This document shows positions 60,438 through 64,000 of a stretch of 64,000 nt of DNA, piece by piece. The notes beneath the pieces are model-generated. The model was given only the letters and a program-made list of their open reading frames with translations. It searched no databases and had not been told where the DNA came from. Within the stretch, counting starts at the first letter, position 1. Each line of letters starts with the position of its first letter. The stretch covers positions 393,295 through 457,294 of the forward strand of contig JBAZWB010000001.1 of the NCBI GenBank assembly GCA_041660605.1, given 5' to 3'. Source of the stretch: Patescibacteria group bacterium (GTDB taxonomy: Bacteria; Patescibacteriota; Patescibacteriia; UBA10025; JAHIVO01). The translations under genes and the position numbers were made by a program.

Positions 60438-61172
60438 ATGGCAGAGAATAGCATGAAAAACCTGCTTAAGGCGGTTCTTCGCGAACCAGTCGGAAAACAG
60501 GTGGAAAAAATACGCAGGGACAGCAAAATACCGGCAGTTTTATACGGCCGGGCATTTAAAAATGTCAATTTGCTGGTGGATTACAAGGAATTCGAGAAAA
60601 TTTTTCGGCAGGCTGGTACGAGCAGTCTGGTTGACTTGGTCATTGGCGATCAGCCGCCGGTGAAGGTGCTGATACACGATATTCAGAAGCACCCGGTTAG
60701 CGATAAGCTGTTTCATATTGATTTCCTCAAGATAAAAATGGACGAAAAGATCATAACTGAAATTGAGCTGTCGTTCGTCGGAGAATCAAAGGCAGTCAAG
60801 GAGTCAGGTGGCATTTTGGTAAAAAATCTTACACATTTGAAAATCGAAAGCTTACCGCAGGATTTGGTTCATGAGATTCAGGTGGATATTTCGTCACTCA
60901 TGACTTTTGAAGATGCGATACGTCTGCGTGATATAAAATTGCCCAAAGGCATCTCTCTTAAGGAAAAAGAGGATATTGTTGTGGTCAAAGTGCAGCCGCC
61001 GCGCACTGAAGAGGAGTTGAAAGCGCTGGAAGAAAAGCCGGAAGAAACAGTTGAGGAAGTGGCTAAGGTCGGTGAGGATAAGAAAGAAGAGGGCGAAGCA
61101 GCGGAAGGCGAAGAGGGCGAAGCAGACAAAAAAGCGGAAAAGAAAGATGAAAAAAAGCCTGAGAAAAAGTAG
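60438..61172 (+). CDS. rplY: 50S ribosomal protein L25 / general stress protein Ctc with a Lys/Glu-rich C-terminal extension
   Basis: Conserved L25 N-terminal and beta-barrel domains; acidic/basic tail of about 60 aa. Confidence 0.85.
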   Translation: MAENSMKNLLKAVLREPVGKQVEKIRRDSKIPAVLYGRAFKNVNLLVDYKEFEKIFRQAGTSSLVDLVIGDQPPVKVLIHDIQKHPVSDKLFHIDFLKIKMDEKIITEIELSFVGESKAVKESGGILVKNLTHLKIESLPQDLVHEIQVDISSLMTFEDAIRLRDIKLPKGISLKEKEDIVVVKVQPPRTEEELKALEEKPEETVEEVAKVGEDKKEEGEAAEGEEGEADKKAEKKDEKKPEKK

Positions 61173-61196
61173 CTTACTTATTTTTACTTTAAATAT

Positions 61197-62273
61197 ATGG
61201 CAGGTGCAAAAGATAATAACAAAGACTATATCTGGGGGAAAAGAAAAAATACCAAGATGATCATTCTGATCGTTACCGGCGTGGTAGTAATCGCCGGTGC
61301 GCTCGGCTACGTGATTTTTGGCATGGACTGGCAGGACGATATTAACAATCTGGTTAATACCAACCGCCCGCCAAAAGAAAATTTGGTGCGGCGCGCCCTT
61401 GATGGCGTCTATGTCCCCGCTGATCAGTCGAATTATTATCCTCTGGCAGTCATGATTGAAAATTTTGTTTCTTCGCGGCCGCCATCCAGCCTTTCCAGGG
61501 CTGGCGTGGTATATGAAGCTCTGGCCGAGGGAGGCATTACGCGATTTATGGCGATTTATACCTGCCAATCTGCGTCATTGCCGGAAATCGGACCAGTTCG
61601 TTCAGCACGGCCTTATTATATAGATTGGCTGCTTGAATATAATGCATTATACGCTCATATGGGAGGCAGTCCGCAGGCTCTGACGGATATCAGCCAAAAT
61701 CATGTATTGGATGTCAATCAGGGGCAATATTACTGGCGCGACGAAACCCGTAATCTGCCGACTGAGCATACTCTCTATACTTCCGGAGAAAAGCTGGCTT
61801 TTGCCCTGCGGGATAAGAAAATCGAAGGGCAGGGGGATTACCGTTTATGGAAATTTAAGGATGACGCTGCTGTTTCAGACAGGCCAACGGAAGAAAAAAA
61901 TATCACCATAGAATTTTCTTCGTTTAATTATAATGTCGAATACAAGTATAATTCCAAGAATAATAATTACCTCCGCTACCAGGCCGGCGAAGTGCATAAA
62001 GACAGGGATGGCGCCGAGATTGCCGCCAAAGACGTGGTTGTTCAGAAGGTGAAAACCAGCCTGATAGATGCGCAGAGATTAAGCATGGTGACAGTCGGCG
62101 AAGGCGAGGCGATAATTTTCCGTGATGGACGGGCGGTAGTTGGCACCTGGAAAAAAGAATCAAAAACCGGAAGAACTGTTTTTTATGACGGCAGTAACAA
62201 TGAAATAGCATTTAATGCCGGACCGATCTGGATCGAAGTAGTACCGACAGACCGTAATGTGCAGTACAACTAA
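61197..62273 (+). CDS. DUF3048-like (YerB-like) membrane-anchored protein
   Basis: N-terminal TM; YPLAVMIEN...RPPSSLSRAGVVYEALAEGGITRFMAIY...PVRSARPYY pattern. Confidence 0.45.
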   Translation: MAGAKDNNKDYIWGKRKNTKMIILIVTGVVVIAGALGYVIFGMDWQDDINNLVNTNRPPKENLVRRALDGVYVPADQSNYYPLAVMIENFVSSRPPSSLSRAGVVYEALAEGGITRFMAIYTCQSASLPEIGPVRSARPYYIDWLLEYNALYAHMGGSPQALTDISQNHVLDVNQGQYYWRDETRNLPTEHTLYTSGEKLAFALRDKKIEGQGDYRLWKFKDDAAVSDRPTEEKNITIEFSSFNYNVEYKYNSKNNNYLRYQAGEVHKDRDGAEIAAKDVVVQKVKTSLIDAQRLSMVTVGEGEAIIFRDGRAVVGTWKKESKTGRTVFYDGSNNEIAFNAGPIWIEVVPTDRNVQYN

Positions 62274-62301
62274 AAAATTTCCGTTTTTTTCAAAAACAAA
62301 A

Positions 62302-63468
62302 ATGAAAAAGAAAAACGATAATTCAAGGCTTTTATATTCTCCAAGAACCGACAGACAGCAGGAATGGCTGTGGTTTTTAGGCATTTTTTTAGCAGCCGTG
62401 TTTTTTTCCTGGTGGTACGGAATTATGCTGGGCCAGAGCCAATGGAAGCTTTTTGATTTTTACCTAAATGGTACTGGGCGCAGTGCGGTAGTGGTAGGAC
62501 AGAGTACGGATACGACAGATAGTACGGCTGACAATACAGTCGTACAGCCTGTATCTAGCCCATACCGTTTGCTTGACGGGCTGAACGTCGGTGCCGATAA
62601 AGCGCATTTTTGGCCCTATGCCGTAATGATAGAAAATTTGCTGACTGTCAGACCGCAAAGCGGACTGTCACAGGCTTCAGTTGTTTATGAAGCATTGGCC
62701 GAGGGCGGATCAACCAGGTTTATGGCGGTTTTTGATCCTTCTGAAAAAATACCGGAATTAATGCCGGTCAGGTCAGCCAGGCCATACTATCTGGAGTGGG
62801 CTTCGGAATACGGAGTATTATACGCTCACGCGGGCGGCAGCCCGAAGGCCCTGACCGTTATCAGGGAAATCCCGGATTTTCATGATTTAGACGCTCTTTC
62901 CTCAAATTCAAAATATTTTTGGCGTGATACCAGTAAAGCCGCTCCGCATAATTTAGTAACGTCGTCTGATAAGATGAATTTCGCCCTGCGCGATAAGGGT
63001 CTGCTGGATAAGCTGGCCGATTTCAGCACCTGGATATTTAAAGACGAAGCGGCGCTGGCAGATCGGGGTGACGACGGCAAGAAAGTTACTTTTAATTTTT
63101 CTTCCGGCCTGACCTACAAAGTAGAGTTTGTTTATAATCAAGCGGAGAACGTTTATCTGCGATTTAACGCCGGTCAGCCGCATCTGGATAAAAATACCAA
63201 TCAGCAAATTAAGGTTAAAAATGTTATTGTCCAGTTGACTCCAGAACCGGAACTGGACGGCGGCAAAGGGCGGCTGGATATCTATGTTGGCGGAGAAGGC
63301 AAGGCCTGGGTGTTCCGTGACGGGCAGGCCATAGAAGCAGTCTGGAAAAAAGCCACGCGGACAGACCGCACCAGATTTTATGATCTGAATGGCCAGGAAA
63401 TACAGCTAGACCGCGGGAATACCTGGATCCACGTGATTTCCAAAACACAGGAAGTTACCTATCAATAA
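62302..63468 (+). CDS. DUF3048-like protein, tandem paralog
   Basis: The same conserved blocks (YAVMIEN...RPQSGLSQASVVYEALAEGGSTRFMAVF...PVRSARPYY); start moved to MKKKN. Confidence 0.45.
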   Translation: MKKKNDNSRLLYSPRTDRQQEWLWFLGIFLAAVFFSWWYGIMLGQSQWKLFDFYLNGTGRSAVVVGQSTDTTDSTADNTVVQPVSSPYRLLDGLNVGADKAHFWPYAVMIENLLTVRPQSGLSQASVVYEALAEGGSTRFMAVFDPSEKIPELMPVRSARPYYLEWASEYGVLYAHAGGSPKALTVIREIPDFHDLDALSSNSKYFWRDTSKAAPHNLVTSSDKMNFALRDKGLLDKLADFSTWIFKDEAALADRGDDGKKVTFNFSSGLTYKVEFVYNQAENVYLRFNAGQPHLDKNTNQQIKVKNVIVQLTPEPELDGGKGRLDIYVGGEGKAWVFRDGQAIEAVWKKATRTDRTRFYDLNGQEIQLDRGNTWIHVISKTQEVTYQ

Positions 63469-63609
63469 TTATTATAATAAAATAAGCCGGCGGTGTGAGA
63501 AGATCAGACCGACGAGTTTTGGATTTCAGGAATTAGTTTGAGGCAGGCTATTGATGAAAATGGATCTGGCTCCTGGTTGGATGCCTGAATTTGTATTTGA
63601 GCCAAAATA

Positions 63610-63645
63610 AAAATGTGGCTGTCTGTAATCTCTTCACAGACAGCC
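63610..63645 (-). terminator. Intrinsic terminator for the minus-strand gene ending at 63655
   Basis: gtggctgtctgt-gaagagattac-agacagccac hairpin; on the minus strand it is followed by atttttatttt. Confidence 0.7.
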
Positions 63646-63654
63646 ACCAGAAAG

Positions 63655-63936
63655 TCAGCAAGGTACTTTTTCGTCATTTGTGACGAGGTCTTCATCGGTC
63701 GAACTCCCCAATAACGGTGGACTATTAATCTCCTTTTTCACTAGTCGACCTCCTTCAATCACATAAACAGTGCCTTTGCGAGCCTCCTCGATGTAGAATG
63801 ACTTCAGGTTTGCCAAAGGCACTGATTCCTCTGTGCGTTCATCTCCGTAGAAAACCACGCTGAGAACAGCACCAGTCAGCGAGATGCTAGTTACCAAACC
63901 GCTTATCCATCCGGTTGGTAAGATCTGGCAGCGCAT
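63655..63936 (-). CDS. Hypothetical protein
   Basis: 93-aa ORF with a strong downstream terminator. Confidence 0.4.
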   Translation of the reverse strand: MRCQILPTGWISGLVTSISLTGAVLSVVFYGDERTEESVPLANLKSFYIEEARKGTVYVIEGGRLVKKEINSPPLLGSSTDEDLVTNDEKVPC

Positions 63937-64000
63937 GAGAAAAAGTCCATCTTCGTCTGATGCCTGAAAATCGGGAATTATGGAACCTCCATTGCCAAGC

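Overview
This 64-kb window is a gene-dense, low-GC bacterial chromosome segment. The housekeeping genes have AT-rich upstream regions and lack Shine-Dalgarno sequences, which fits a small-genome uncultivated lineage (CPR/Patescibacteria-like); that placement is inference only. Core content: tandem TatD hydrolases, RmuC, a membrane-anchored clan-CD (gingipain C25-like) peptidase with a Cys-rich C-terminal module, and a complete F1Fo ATP synthase operon (atpZ-B-E-F-H-A-G-D-C) followed by a small beta-carbonic-anhydrase-like gene. It also carries a UvrD-like helicase-nuclease fusion, pheS and pheT split by a four-helix-bundle (23S-IVS-type) gene, gyrB and secE-nusG-rplK-(membrane protein)-rplA. 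A deoxynucleotide cluster follows (dCMP deaminase, dut, deoxyribosyltransferase-like protein, CYTH protein, thyA, folA, tmk), then gatB, carAB behind a leader-peptide attenuator, hpf, miaA, miaB, thrS, maf, dnaE, ftsW/rodA, rplY and tandem DUF3048-like genes. Several GC-richer accessory cassettes whose genes carry strong GGAGG ribosome-binding sites sit inside this core. (1) At about 15.3-20.6 kb: an RRM RNA-binding protein, a membrane protein, and a 692-aa secreted M23 peptidase with five FG-GAP-like repeats and a T9SS (Por) C-terminal sorting domain, then a small TM protein, a Zn-ribbon protein and a MazG-like protein; the 17399 peptidase gene and the small TM and Zn-ribbon genes each carry their own sigma70-type promoter and intrinsic terminator. 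(2) Between miaA and miaB: three monocistronic units (two paralogous receiver-like small proteins and a membrane protein), plus one more SD-bearing gene at 44.9 kb. Other signals: a dispersed GT-rich ~20-nt repeat that appears as an inverted pair flanking the four-helix-bundle gene; a 45-bp element shared upstream of two adjacent island genes; intragenic near-identical tandem DNA repeats; and structured noncoding regions that may be ncRNAs or cis-regulators. No rRNA, tRNA, CRISPR array, transposase or integrase was recognised.
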